From an uncultured Bacilli bacterium (lineage in GTDB: Bacteria; Bacillota_I; Bacilli_A; RF39; UBA660), in contig CANQYO010000002.1 of the NCBI GenBank assembly GCA_947628095.1, positions 1-52,258 of the forward strand: a stretch of DNA of 52,258 nt, written 5' to 3'. The position numbers were made by a program, and so were the translations under genes. The notes beneath the pieces are model-generated. The model was not told the origin of the DNA and searched no databases. It worked only from the letters and a program-made list of their open reading frames with translations. Shown piece by piece: positions 11,649 through 19,903 of the stretch (position 1 is its first letter; every line of letters starts with the position of its first letter).

Positions 11649-12470
11649 ATGGATTTTTTTATGGGAAATTTTGATTTTAAATGGTTAACAACAATTCCGG
11701 GAATATTAACACTTTTAGGAATTTTATTAATAATAATATCAATTGTAATATTTATATCATCTTTAAAAGGTGGAAAGAAGAAAGAAGAGGCTAAAGAGGC
11801 AAATACAGAAACTGCCATTCCAGATGCTTCAGCTCCTGTTGCTGAAACAAAGACTGAAGCTAGTACTAAAGCCCCTGTAGAACCTCAAACAGTAGCACCA
11901 GTTCCACCTGTTGCTGAAGCACAGCCAGCTGAAGTAAAACCTGTTGAGGTTAATGCTGTAAATGTTGCAGCAGAACCAGCAGCAGTTGTTACACCAACTG
12001 TAAATGTAACACCTGAAGTTAAACCAGTTGAAGTAGCACCAATTAATGTTGCTCCAGCTGCACCAACACCAGCACCAGAAGTTTCACCAGTTGCTGAAGC
12101 TAGTGCACCAGCTACCCCAGCTCCTACATTAGCAACACCAATTAATATCGTTCCAGTAGAGCCAACAGTAGCACCAGTTCCACCTGTTGTTGAACCACCA
12201 GTTGCACCTGCACCTATAACGGAGGCAAGTACACCAATTAATATAGCTCCAGTAGAGCCTGCAGTACCTGTTCCTCCAGTTAATACAGAACCTGCACCAG
12301 CTCCTACGACATTACCTTATGGTGGAGTTAGTCCAGCTGTAACAACACCAGTTACTTCTGAACCTCAAAACAAAGTAATTTATGGTGGAGCAGACCCATT
12401 AGCAGGAACCGGAGTAGTGCCACAAGTTGGAACTGAAACTAAAAAGCCAGAAGATATTGAATCATTATAG
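11649..12470 (+). CDS. Membrane-anchored protein with a long Pro/Ala/Val/Glu-rich low-complexity region
   Basis: One N-terminal TM helix, then ~200 aa of PVE/PAP repeats. The start is ambiguous (ATG 11649 or 11661). Confidence 0.6.
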   Translation: MDFFMGNFDFKWLTTIPGILTLLGILLIIISIVIFISSLKGGKKKEEAKEANTETAIPDASAPVAETKTEASTKAPVEPQTVAPVPPVAEAQPAEVKPVEVNAVNVAAEPAAVVTPTVNVTPEVKPVEVAPINVAPAAPTPAPEVSPVAEASAPATPAPTLATPINIVPVEPTVAPVPPVVEPPVAPAPITEASTPINIAPVEPAVPVPPVNTEPAPAPTTLPYGGVSPAVTTPVTSEPQNKVIYGGADPLAGTGVVPQVGTETKKPEDIESL

Positions 12471-12485
12471 AAAGGACTGAATTTT

Positions 12486-13199
12486 ATGGGTTTCAACATA
12501 GTAGATGTTATTATAGTACTATATATAATTATTAGTGGAATCGTTGGTTTTAAAAGAGGAGTATTAAAAGAATTAGTAATTTGTTTAGGAACAATTGCTC
12601 TCTTTTTTCTAGCATATAAATTAAAAGACCCTATTGGTGAATTCTTACTTTTAAGAATGCCAATGTTTGATTTTCCAAATTTATTCACAGGGGTTAGAAC
12701 TTTAAATATTTTAGTATATCAACTTTTAGCTTTTGTTATTGTACTTGCTGTTTTATTAATTGTTTATAATTTAATTCTTTCACTTACAGGACTTTTTGAG
12801 AAATTTTTAAAGTTTACAGTAATTCTTGGAATTCCATCAAAGATATTAGGTTTTGTTGTTGGTCTTCTTGAGGGTTATGTTGTAGCATTTGTAATTTTAT
12901 TCTTTTTAAGTCAACCAGCTTTTAGTTTTGAATACTTTATGAACAGTAAACTTTCTAATGTAATTTTAAATTCTTCTCCAGGGTTAACTAACTTTACAAG
13001 TGATACAGTTGAGCTTATTGGAGAAGTATATGAATTAAAAGACGAGAAAAATACTGATGTAGTCAATGCCAAAAGTTTAGATTTAATGCTTGAAAAGGGT
13101 GTAGTAAGATATGAACTTGCAAATGAATTATATAAAAGAGGAAAACTTAACTTTGATGGTATTGAAGTAGTATTAGCTAAATATAAGGACAAAAAATGA
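12486..13199 (+). CDS. cvpA: CvpA-family membrane protein
   Basis: 'FNIVDVIIVLYIIISGIVGFKRGVLKE' N-terminus and four TM helices, plus a soluble C-terminal extension. Confidence 0.7.
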   Translation: MGFNIVDVIIVLYIIISGIVGFKRGVLKELVICLGTIALFFLAYKLKDPIGEFLLLRMPMFDFPNLFTGVRTLNILVYQLLAFVIVLAVLLIVYNLILSLTGLFEKFLKFTVILGIPSKILGFVVGLLEGYVVAFVILFFLSQPAFSFEYFMNSKLSNVILNSSPGLTNFTSDTVELIGEVYELKDEKNTDVVNAKSLDLMLEKGVVRYELANELYKRGKLNFDGIEVVLAKYKDKK

Positions 13200-13492
13200 T
13201 AAAATATTTGAAAAGTGATTTTGATAAAGAAATTGAAAATAAAAAAATTTTAGTAGATTTTTATGCTGATTGGTGTGGACCTTGTAAAATGTTAACTTCA
13301 ACTCTTGAAGAAATTGAAGATAAAATTGATATTGATATTTTAAAAGTTGATGTTGATAAATTTCAAGATATTGCCATTCGTTATAATGTATATAGTATTC
13401 CTAATATTTCAGTTTTCGATTCTGGAAAACTTATTAAGAATCATGTTGGTTACATGACGTCTTTAGAATTATTAGATTTTTTAAAGAAATAG
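13196..13492 (+). CDS. trxA: Thioredoxin
   Basis: 'DFYADWCGPCKML' active site in a 98-aa protein. Confidence 0.8.
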   Translation: MIKYLKSDFDKEIENKKILVDFYADWCGPCKMLTSTLEEIEDKIDIDILKVDVDKFQDIAIRYNVYSIPNISVFDSGKLIKNHVGYMTSLELLDFLKK

Positions 13493-13510
13493 TTTAAACT
13501 ATTTCTTTTT
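13487..13510 (+). terminator. Terminator after trxA
   Basis: Palindrome GAAATAGTT/AACTATTTC followed by a T-run. Confidence 0.55.
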
Positions 13511-13568
13511 ATTAATTTCTCGTAATTTTTTCTTTTATTGTTAATATAATATAGTGGAGGTAATATTC

Positions 13569-13829
13569 ATGGAAACGCTTAAAGTAAGTAGTAAATCTAA
13601 CCCAAGTAGTGTTGCAGGTGCACTTGCAAATGTATTTAAAGATAAAACAAGTGTAGAAATTCAAGCAGTTGGAGCTGGTGCTATTAATCAAGCAATTAAA
13701 GCAATTGCTATTGCTAGAGGTTTTGTTGCTCCAAGTGGGAAAAATTTAATTTGTACTCCGGCTTTTCAAGATATTTCAATTGAAGGTGAGGAAAGAACAG
13801 CAATTAAATTAATAGTAGAGACAAGATAG
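13569..13829 (+). CDS. spoVS: Stage V sporulation protein S
   Basis: 86 aa from the ATG behind GGAGG. 'LKVSSKSNPSSVAGALA', 'EIQAVGAGAINQAIKAIAIARGF' and 'ERTAIKL' are near-canonical SpoVS. Confidence 0.9.
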   Translation: METLKVSSKSNPSSVAGALANVFKDKTSVEIQAVGAGAINQAIKAIAIARGFVAPSGKNLICTPAFQDISIEGEERTAIKLIVETR

Positions 13830-13845
13830 TCTCTTTTATTTTAAA

Positions 13846-13865
13846 AAGAGGTTTTTAAACCTCTT
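13846..13865. terminator. Bidirectional hairpin AAGAGGTTTttAAACCTCTT
   Basis: Perfect 9-bp inverted repeat between convergent spoVS and the coat-protein gene. Confidence 0.6.
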
Positions 13866-14287
13866 TATTCTGTATAAGTATCATTTAAACATCTAAGTGC
13901 TAAAACACAGTCAAGATTAATTGTAAAGAAATTATTAGTTGAAATATAAGGTACTAAGCCAGTTGTATTTTCAGGGTTAGGTGCTAAAATTTCAAATGTT
14001 GCACAGTTAGAATCAACTTTAAAAATTTTGAATACAGTACTTTCACCAGTTGTTCCATTTAAATTATATGGCATTGACCAAAGAGAAGAATTGCAACATG
14101 TATATAAAGTAATAGGTCTTGTGTTAAAAATTAAGCCATTATTTATATTAGGACCTAAACAAGGTCTATCACATCCAGTTGAATCTAAGTTAGTATTTTC
14201 TGCATCTTTTTGAAGTTCTAAAATAAATTGTAAAATTTTACTTATACTTTTTTCATCACAAAAGTTATTATTAACTAAATTTTCCAT
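13865..14287 (-). CDS. CotY/CotZ/ExsY-like cysteine-containing spore coat protein
   Basis: 'ILQFILELQKDAE', 'CDRPCLGPN', 'FNTRPITLY' and C-terminal 'INLDCVLALRCLNDT' follow the CotZ-family layout. It is a paralogue of the next gene. Confidence 0.6.
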   Translation of the reverse strand: MENLVNNNFCDEKSISKILQFILELQKDAENTNLDSTGCDRPCLGPNINNGLIFNTRPITLYTCCNSSLWSMPYNLNGTTGESTVFKIFKVDSNCATFEILAPNPENTTGLVPYISTNNFFTINLDCVLALRCLNDTYTE

Positions 14288-14298
14288 AAATCTCCTTT

Positions 14299-14703
14299 CT
14301 AAATGTTATTAACAATAGTATCATTTAGACATCTTATTGCACATACACAATCTAAATTAATAGTTGCATAAGTATTAGTATTTTCATAAGTTGTATTACC
14401 ATTTGCATCTGTTGTACTATTCAATAAAAGTACACCAACACTATCATTAGTTACACTTTCAACTCGATATACATTAGTAGTCTCGGAAGTTCCACTTGCA
14501 TTAGTATAATCTAAAGTAATAGGCGAATTATCACATTTATACAACATTATAGGTCTAGTATTAAAACATAAAAAATTAGCATTAGGACCTAAATATGGTT
14601 TGGTACAACTAGTATCTTCACAATTCGTTTTTTCTGCATTGTTTTGAAGAACTTTAATAACGTTTAAAATTTTAGCTAAACAATTATCTAGATTATTATT
14701 CAT
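14299..14703 (-). CDS. CotY/CotZ/ExsY-like cysteine-containing spore coat protein (tandem paralogue)
   Basis: 'ILNVIKVLQNNAE', 'CTKPYLGPN', 'FNTRPIMLY' and 'INLDCVCAIRCLNDT'. Confidence 0.6.
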   Translation of the reverse strand: MNNNLDNCLAKILNVIKVLQNNAEKTNCEDTSCTKPYLGPNANFLCFNTRPIMLYKCDNSPITLDYTNASGTSETTNVYRVESVTNDSVGVLLLNSTTDANGNTTYENTNTYATINLDCVCAIRCLNDTIVNNI

Positions 14704-14835
14704 AAACTCACTCCTTTTTATCTCTAATATAAAGTATGAATTTATATTAAAAAAGTGTTGTACTAATACCTAGAAATCAGTATTTAAAAAGAAAATTAAA
14801 AAAAATAAATAAATTTACTATTTTTTTAAGATATA

Positions 14836-14844
14836 TGATATAAT
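14836..14844 (+). promoter_or_regulatory. Extended -10 TGaTATAAT upstream of the dehydrogenase gene
   Basis: Exact TGnTATAAT 27 nt before the ATG. Confidence 0.45.
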
Positions 14845-14871
14845 AAATAATATAGAATAATAGGAGGTATT

Positions 14872-15891
14872 ATGAAGTGTGTTAAATTAAAGGGAGTTCG
14901 TGATTTACAAATAGCAACAATTAAAAAGCCAGTTTCAGTTAATGGAAGTGTTATAATTCGAGTAAAAGCTTGTGGTATATGTGGTTCAGACTTACATTAT
15001 TTTGAAGGAGGAAATCCTCTTGAACTTATTTTAGGACACGAATTTTCAGGAGTAGTTGTTGACCCTGGAAGCAGAAGAGATTTACGTGTTGGTGATAGAG
15101 TAACAGGACTTCCAATTTCTCCTTGTATGAAATGTGAAGCTTGTAAAACTGGAAATATTCAATATTGTCCTGATACTTGGACAAATGGAGTAGGTTTATC
15201 TTTAACTAATTCAGGTGGCTATGCTGAATATTTAAGTTGTCGAGCTGATATGGTAAAGAAACTTCCTGATAAAGTTACATTTTATGGAGCAACTCTTGTT
15301 GAGCCTTCAGCAGTATCTCTTCATGCTGTTAATTTAGCTAATGTAAAAGTTGGAGACAAAGTTTTAATTATTGGTGGGGGAATAATTGGAATGATGGCTG
15401 CTGAATTTGCTAGATTAAATGGAGCAAGTTATATTGCTATTATGGAAACTAATTTAAAAAGAGGAAAGAAAGCATTACGTTATGGTTCAGTTAAAGAATT
15501 ATTTAATGCTAACGATAAAGATGTTGTTAATAAAGCATTGAAGAAATCTAAAGGTGGCTTTGATAAAGTAATTGAATGTTGTGGAAATCAATATGCTGTA
15601 TCTGAGGCTATTATGACAGTTAAACCAGGTGGAACAGTTGTTTTAGTTGGTGTTTCAAATGGAAATATTAGTATTCCGGTTGTAGCAGGAGTTATGAAAG
15701 AAATTAATATGCAAGGTGCTATTGCTTATACTGAAAAAGAATTTGAAACTTGTATTGAATTAATTGAAAAGAAAGTTATCAATGTTGAAAAATATATAGA
15801 TAGTAAAATAGGACTTGATAAAGTTCAAGATGCCTTTGTAGACCTTACAAGTGGAAATACTGATAAGGTAAAAATAATTATAAAACCATAA
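14872..15891 (+). CDS. Zinc-dependent medium-chain alcohol/polyol dehydrogenase (sorbitol/threonine dehydrogenase-like)
   Basis: 'CGICGSDLHYF', 'GHEFSG', the structural-zinc cysteines 'CMKCEACKTGNIQYC', and 'GGGIIG' Rossmann motif. Confidence 0.85.
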   Translation: MKCVKLKGVRDLQIATIKKPVSVNGSVIIRVKACGICGSDLHYFEGGNPLELILGHEFSGVVVDPGSRRDLRVGDRVTGLPISPCMKCEACKTGNIQYCPDTWTNGVGLSLTNSGGYAEYLSCRADMVKKLPDKVTFYGATLVEPSAVSLHAVNLANVKVGDKVLIIGGGIIGMMAAEFARLNGASYIAIMETNLKRGKKALRYGSVKELFNANDKDVVNKALKKSKGGFDKVIECCGNQYAVSEAIMTVKPGGTVVLVGVSNGNISIPVVAGVMKEINMQGAIAYTEKEFETCIELIEKKVINVEKYIDSKIGLDKVQDAFVDLTSGNTDKVKIIIKP

Positions 15892-15897
15892 AAAAAA

Positions 15898-15919
15898 TTA
15901 TTAACAATTTTGTTAATAA
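15898..15919. terminator. Bidirectional terminator TTATTAACAAttTTGTTAATAA
   Basis: Perfect 10-bp inverted repeat flanked by an A-run on the 5' side and a T-run on the 3' side, between convergent genes. Confidence 0.7.
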
Positions 15920-15926
15920 CTTTTTT

Positions 15927-16442
15927 TTATTTATTTTCGTCTAAAGATTTAGTTTTTTCAGAATTTTTTAAATAATTACCAATTTCTTCCCAAGAATTTA
16001 TTTCTTTAAAAGATAAAATATTATCTATTTCCTTAATTAAGTCTTGAACAGCATCTGAAACATTTATATAGTATTCTGGTCTAATACTACCTGGAAAAAT
16101 ATATTTAGGCATACCATAAGATTCAAATTTTTCAGTTAAATCAAGAGTATTTGGTAGTCTTTTATTAGGCTTATCATAACGACCGTTTAGATAAATAAAT
16201 TTTATTTCGTCAAAGTCAGGTAAATAATAAACAAGTTCATAATTATGGTCATATTCATCATCTGGCATAGGTAAGCTTTCGTCTACTACAAACATTAATA
16301 TTGGAAGTTCAGAAGTATGTTCAAGTTCATAAGCTTTTTTTAAAACTTCTAATTTCTTTTTTTCTATAACTAATCTTTGCATTTGCTCTTTGATTTCTTG
16401 ATTTAATTTTTGTAATCTATTGATTTTGTCAAATCTATTCAT
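15927..16442 (-). CDS. Hypothetical protein (171 aa) with an N-terminal coiled-coil
   Basis: ORF with the ATG 5 nt behind GGAGG. No recognisable motif. Confidence 0.55.
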   Translation of the reverse strand: MNRFDKINRLQKLNQEIKEQMQRLVIEKKKLEVLKKAYELEHTSELPILMFVVDESLPMPDDEYDHNYELVYYLPDFDEIKFIYLNGRYDKPNKRLPNTLDLTEKFESYGMPKYIFPGSIRPEYYINVSDAVQDLIKEIDNILSFKEINSWEEIGNYLKNSEKTKSLDENK

Positions 16443-16493
16443 AAAAACCTCCACAGGGTTTATATTATAGCATTTTTTCTAATATTTACAATG

Positions 16494-17501
16494 TTATTTT
16501 AAACGATTATTGTTTTCTAACCATTCTATAGTATCTTTTAAGGTATCTTTTAAATCTCTATTTTTAAAATTTAATTCTTTTTTGGCTTTTTCATTGGAAA
16601 AATTAGCATTAGTATTTACTGTATAAAGTGAATATTTAGTATATAAAGGAGGTTGTTTTCTTAATTCATAATATTTTTCTGACAGAGGAGCAGTAAGTTT
16701 AGCTAGCCACATTGGTAAAATAGTTTTGATTTTTTTAATATTTTTAATTTCACTTATTAAGTCAAGAAGGTCTTTTATTGAAATATATTTGTTAGAAAGA
16801 ATATAACATTCACCTTTTTTGCCTTCAATTGCAGCATTTATTACTCCATCAGCTACATCTCTTACATCTACAAAGTCATATCCACCGTTAACACAAGCTT
16901 TTAATCTTCCTGTTGTAAAGTCAATTATTAATTGAGTTAGGTGAGTATTTCCAAAGTCATATGGACCTATTATTCCTGATGGATGAACAATACAAGCATT
17001 TAGTCCTTTTTCTTTTACCATTTTTAATACGTATTTAGCCGTTTCAGCTTTTGTTTTAGCATATAAACCTTCGACTTTGTCAGGATTAAAATCAGTTATT
17101 TCTGTTATAATATTTCCTTTTTCTTTTTCTGGAATAGCATGAACACTACTAATGTATACTAATTTAGCATTATGCTCTAAAACTTTATCTATAATATTTT
17201 TAGTACCACCTACATTTACATCATAGACCATTTTATTATATTTCGATTTAATATAAACAATAGCAGCTGAATGAATAACATACAATTCAGTATCTTTTTC
17301 TACGTTGAATATGTCATTCAATGTTTCTTTTTTGGTAACATCACCTTCATATATTTTACAATTTAAATCTTTAAGAGAATTAATTTTATCATTTGGTAAG
17401 ATTAAAGCTCTTACTTCAATTTCTGAATTTTTAACAAGCTTTCTTACAATATTATTTCCTAAAAAGCCATTAGCACCGGTTACAATATAAATTTTTTTCA
17501 T
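16494..17501 (-). CDS. NAD(P)-dependent epimerase/dehydratase-family (extended SDR) oxidoreductase
   Basis: 'KIYIVTGANGFLGNN' Rossmann motif and the 'YAKTKAE' catalytic YxxxK. The start at 17501 lies behind GAGGAA. Confidence 0.85.
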   Translation of the reverse strand: MKKIYIVTGANGFLGNNIVRKLVKNSEIEVRALILPNDKINSLKDLNCKIYEGDVTKKETLNDIFNVEKDTELYVIHSAAIVYIKSKYNKMVYDVNVGGTKNIIDKVLEHNAKLVYISSVHAIPEKEKGNIITEITDFNPDKVEGLYAKTKAETAKYVLKMVKEKGLNACIVHPSGIIGPYDFGNTHLTQLIIDFTTGRLKACVNGGYDFVDVRDVADGVINAAIEGKKGECYILSNKYISIKDLLDLISEIKNIKKIKTILPMWLAKLTAPLSEKYYELRKQPPLYTKYSLYTVNTNANFSNEKAKKELNFKNRDLKDTLKDTIEWLENNNRLK

Positions 17502-17533
17502 ATAATTCCTCACAATATATATCTTTAATTAAA

Positions 17534-17606
17534 TTTTATCATAAATTATTTAATATTAAAACTCGAACTAATAATTTTTTGAAGGTTCGAGTTTAGTATC
17601 AATCTG
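17534..17606. repeat. Direct repeat copy A, a terminator-plus-promoter module that forms the left boundary of the tRNA-Thr islet
   Basis: The first 35 nt are identical to 19828..19862 and the last 22 nt match 19882..19903 with 2 mismatches. It contains the hairpin AAACTCGAAC/GTTCGAGTTT and, on the minus strand, TGATAAAAT. Confidence 0.8.
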
Positions 17607-17791
17607 TAATAATCAGAAAATGTTGCTTACAACTTATTGCTCCTTATCATTATATAGTAGTTATAAAAATCAATTACGTTCTCTATTTTTTATTCGAATT
17701 TTCTAAATATTTATAAAATAATTAACCCCTAAGCATTTTGATAAATATACCAAAATGACCTATAAAATTTATATTAAAAGAATTAAACTTA

Positions 17792-17800
17792 TGATATAAT
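17792..17800 (+). promoter_or_regulatory. Extended -10 TGaTATAAT upstream of the YjcQ-like gene
   Basis: Exact TGnTATAAT 22 nt before the TTG start. Confidence 0.45.
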
Positions 17801-17822
17801 TTTAATTAGGAGGAGATAGATT

Positions 17823-18245
17823 TTGAAAATAAACAATGATTGTGCAAGAAAAATTTTATTTGAAGTTGAAAAAATTCCTTATGGTGAAACTTTAACTGTT
17901 GCAAAATTACAAGAAAAAATATCAGATTGTTCTATTGAAGATGTTTTAAATATAGTAACTTTGTTTAATAATGAACATTATTTAACTTTACGTGATAAAG
18001 CCAGTTATGATGATAGTGACTTATTTAGAGACAACAAAGTTAAAGGCTTAACTGAAAAGGGATATAAAATTCTAGACTTAATAAGAAGTGATAAAATTTG
18101 GAATTTAATTAAAGAAAAAGTTGATAATTTTGAAGAATTATCTATTTATAGCATTTTTGATATTGCCAATAAAATTATTAATGTTCAACATAATGAATTA
18201 TTTGATTTACCAAAAGATTTATTAATTCAAAATAATAGATGGTAA
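17823..18245 (+). CDS. YjcQ/DUF2513-like small winged-helix protein
   Basis: TTG start 9 nt behind AGGAGG. 'CARKILFEVEKIPYGETL' resembles the YjcQ-family N-terminus. Assigned from memory. Confidence 0.45.
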   Translation: MKINNDCARKILFEVEKIPYGETLTVAKLQEKISDCSIEDVLNIVTLFNNEHYLTLRDKASYDDSDLFRDNKVKGLTEKGYKILDLIRSDKIWNLIKEKVDNFEELSIYSIFDIANKIINVQHNELFDLPKDLLIQNNRW

Positions 18246-18267
18246 AATTATATAGCTTATTGATAGT

Positions 18268-18297
18268 AATATGCAAGTGTGTTTTCTAAATTGACAA
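18268..18297. repeat. 30-bp direct repeat, copy 1 (AATATGCAAGTGTGTTTTCTAAATTGACAA)
   Basis: Matches 18895..18925 with one mismatch and one extra T. Confidence 0.75.
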
Positions 18298-18300
18298 AAT

Positions 18301-18333
18301 AAAACTACTTTCAATTAATTTGAGAGTAGTTTT
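18301..18333 (+). terminator. Terminator after the YjcQ-like gene
   Basis: AAAACTACT...AGTAGTTTT stem (9 bp). Confidence 0.55.
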
Positions 18334-18341
18334 CTATTTTT

Positions 18342-18372
18342 ACTCGAATTTTCCGAGTTTAGTATCAATTTG
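18342..18372. repeat. Internal shortened copy B of the islet boundary hairpin
   Basis: 'ACTCGAATTTTCCGAGTTTAGTATCAAT' matches the 3' part of copies A and C. It lies downstream of the HIT gene on the minus strand. A further degenerate copy lies near 17681..17710. Confidence 0.6.
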
Positions 18373-18438
18373 GAGCAATTGGAAAATTATCTACAACTTT
18401 ATATTTGATAATTATTATAAATTTTTCAATAAGTATTC

Positions 18439-18813
18439 CTAATAATTTTGTTTGTTAGGTATAATTCCTCTTACACCACCTTTAGGGTTCTTTACATCTC
18501 CATCATATCTAGGTATTAAATGAATATGTAAATGCATTATACTTTGTCCTGCTTTAGCTCCTAAATTCATTCCAATATTATATCCGTCAGGATTGTATTT
18601 TTCATCTATAACTTTTTTTGCTTCATCTAAAAGATTAAATATTGCAATTTTTTCATCTAATGTAGTTTCCCACCAATCTTTTACATGTCTTTTTGGTATA
18701 ACTTCCAAATGACCATCATTTACTGGAAAATCATCAAATCTTGCTATAGCAAGTTCATTTTCTAATTCAAAATCATTATTTTGTATACTTTTGCAAAAAA
18801 AACAGTCACTCAT
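18439..18813 (-). CDS. HIT-family (histidine triad) nucleotide hydrolase/transferase
   Basis: 'GQSIMHLHIHLIPRY' histidine triad. The start at 18813 lies behind AGGTGA. Confidence 0.85.
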   Translation of the reverse strand: MSDCFFCKSIQNNDFELENELAIARFDDFPVNDGHLEVIPKRHVKDWWETTLDEKIAIFNLLDEAKKVIDEKYNPDGYNIGMNLGAKAGQSIMHLHIHLIPRYDGDVKNPKGGVRGIIPNKQNY

Positions 18814-18894
18814 TTTATTATCACCTATAACAATTATATCATACACTTAGTTAAATTTAAAAATCAACATTAGATTTTATGCATATTGAATGCC

Positions 18895-18925
18895 AATATA
18901 CAAGTGTGTTTTTCTAAATTGACAA
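18895..18925. repeat. 30-bp direct repeat, copy 2
   Basis: AATATACAAGTGTGTTTTTCTAAATTGACAA, matching 18268..18297. Confidence 0.75.
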
Positions 18926-18927
18926 TG

Positions 18928-19800
18928 TTATTTAGTTTCAATTAAATATTTATTAATATTTTCTAATTCTTTTATTCCATTATTATTTTTTAATATCTCC
19001 ATTTGATTTCTAGCAGAATCATTAAGTCTTATTAATCTTTCTTTTTGTGATAATCCTAATTTAATAAATTCAGCATTAGAGTTTTCTAAATTGTTTAATA
19101 TGACTAAATGAACTAAATCAGTGTAATCTCTAATATTTCCTTCTTTAGCTAATTCTGGATTGATTTCTCTCCATTCTTTGGCTGTCATACCAAATAAAGC
19201 AACATTTAAAACATCAGCTTCTTCTGCATATACATATTGTTTTTGTTTTTCAGTTAAAGTTGGAACAATATAATTTTTTATAGCATCTGTATGAACTAAA
19301 TAATTTGTTTTAGCTAAAATTCTATTAGCATGCCATTCAATTTTTTCTTGATATGCTTCATTCTTTTTTAATCTTTCAAATTCTTTAATCAAATATAATT
19401 TAAAGGTAGGACTTAACCAACTAGCAAATTCAAATGCAATATCAGGATGAGCAAATGTTCCTATGCTATATTTTCCACCTTTAGAATAAATTCCTATGGC
19501 GTTTGTTCTATCAATCCATCGTTTAGGGCTTAAAGTAAATGATGAATATCCAACTTCATTTTCTTTAATTTCACGGAATTCCGTGAAATTAAAATTTTCA
19601 TTATTTAATTGTTCCCATAAGCCTATATAATCAAATGTTCCTTTATTACTCATCCAATGTATTATAACATTTGCAGGATTTTCAGGATTAGAATATTTTG
19701 CTAAATCAGTTAATGATATATAGTCGGTATCACTAATTCTTAAAATACCTATTTTATTGTCATTAACATTTATTTCTGCTTTAATTAAATCTTTTTTCAT
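18928..19800 (-). CDS. KilA-N domain-containing DNA-binding protein
   Basis: 'DYISLTDLAKY', 'IIHWMSNKGTFDYIGLWEQLNNENFN' and 'GTFAHPDIAFEFASWLSPTFKLYLIKEFERLK' match the widespread KilA-N family. Confidence 0.75.
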   Translation of the reverse strand: MKKDLIKAEINVNDNKIGILRISDTDYISLTDLAKYSNPENPANVIIHWMSNKGTFDYIGLWEQLNNENFNFTEFREIKENEVGYSSFTLSPKRWIDRTNAIGIYSKGGKYSIGTFAHPDIAFEFASWLSPTFKLYLIKEFERLKKNEAYQEKIEWHANRILAKTNYLVHTDAIKNYIVPTLTEKQKQYVYAEEADVLNVALFGMTAKEWREINPELAKEGNIRDYTDLVHLVILNNLENSNAEFIKLGLSQKERLIRLNDSARNQMEILKNNNGIKELENINKYLIETK

Positions 19801-19827
19801 CTTTTTCCCCCTTAATTACTAAAATCA

Positions 19828-19903
19828 TTTTATCATAAATTATTTAATATTAAAACTCGAACTTATCAAATAATTTAAAAAGTCCGAGTTTGGTATCAAT
19901 CTG
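19828..19903. repeat. Direct repeat copy C, the tRNA-Thr terminator plus a promoter module, forming the right boundary of the islet
   Basis: See copy A. The hairpin is AAACTCGGAC/GTTCGAGTTT on the minus strand, and TGATAAAAT lies ~26 nt before the KilA-N start. Confidence 0.8.

Larger units (their letters stand above)
17534..19903. mobile_element. Putative decayed integrative islet adjacent to tRNA-Thr, with no integrase
   Basis: ~75-bp direct repeats bracket three small accessory genes (YjcQ-like, HIT, KilA-N). Extra degenerate repeat copies lie inside, and the right repeat abuts the tRNA 3' end. Confidence 0.45.

Noticed and set aside
11830-12400. Locally G+C-rich block as evidence of horizontally acquired DNA.
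   Set aside because: The shift is fully explained by Pro/Ala/Val/Glu codons in a repeat protein. The flanks of the same ORF return to the normal composition.
14736-14748. Exact 13-mer ATGAATTTATATT present three times (14736, 43294, 44667).
   Set aside because: The word contains almost only A and T in a very AT-rich window, and the flanks are not conserved. Chance recurrence is plausible. Note that the copy at 43294 lies inside the L20 leader.
17534-19903. Possibility that the islet is an integron-like cassette array, with the hairpin repeats acting as attC sites.
   Set aside because: The hairpin ends (CTCGAAC / GTTCGAG) do not fit the attC R''/R' cores (RYYYAAC / GTTRRRY). The genes are in mixed orientation and carry their own promoters, and no intI-type integrase is present in the window.
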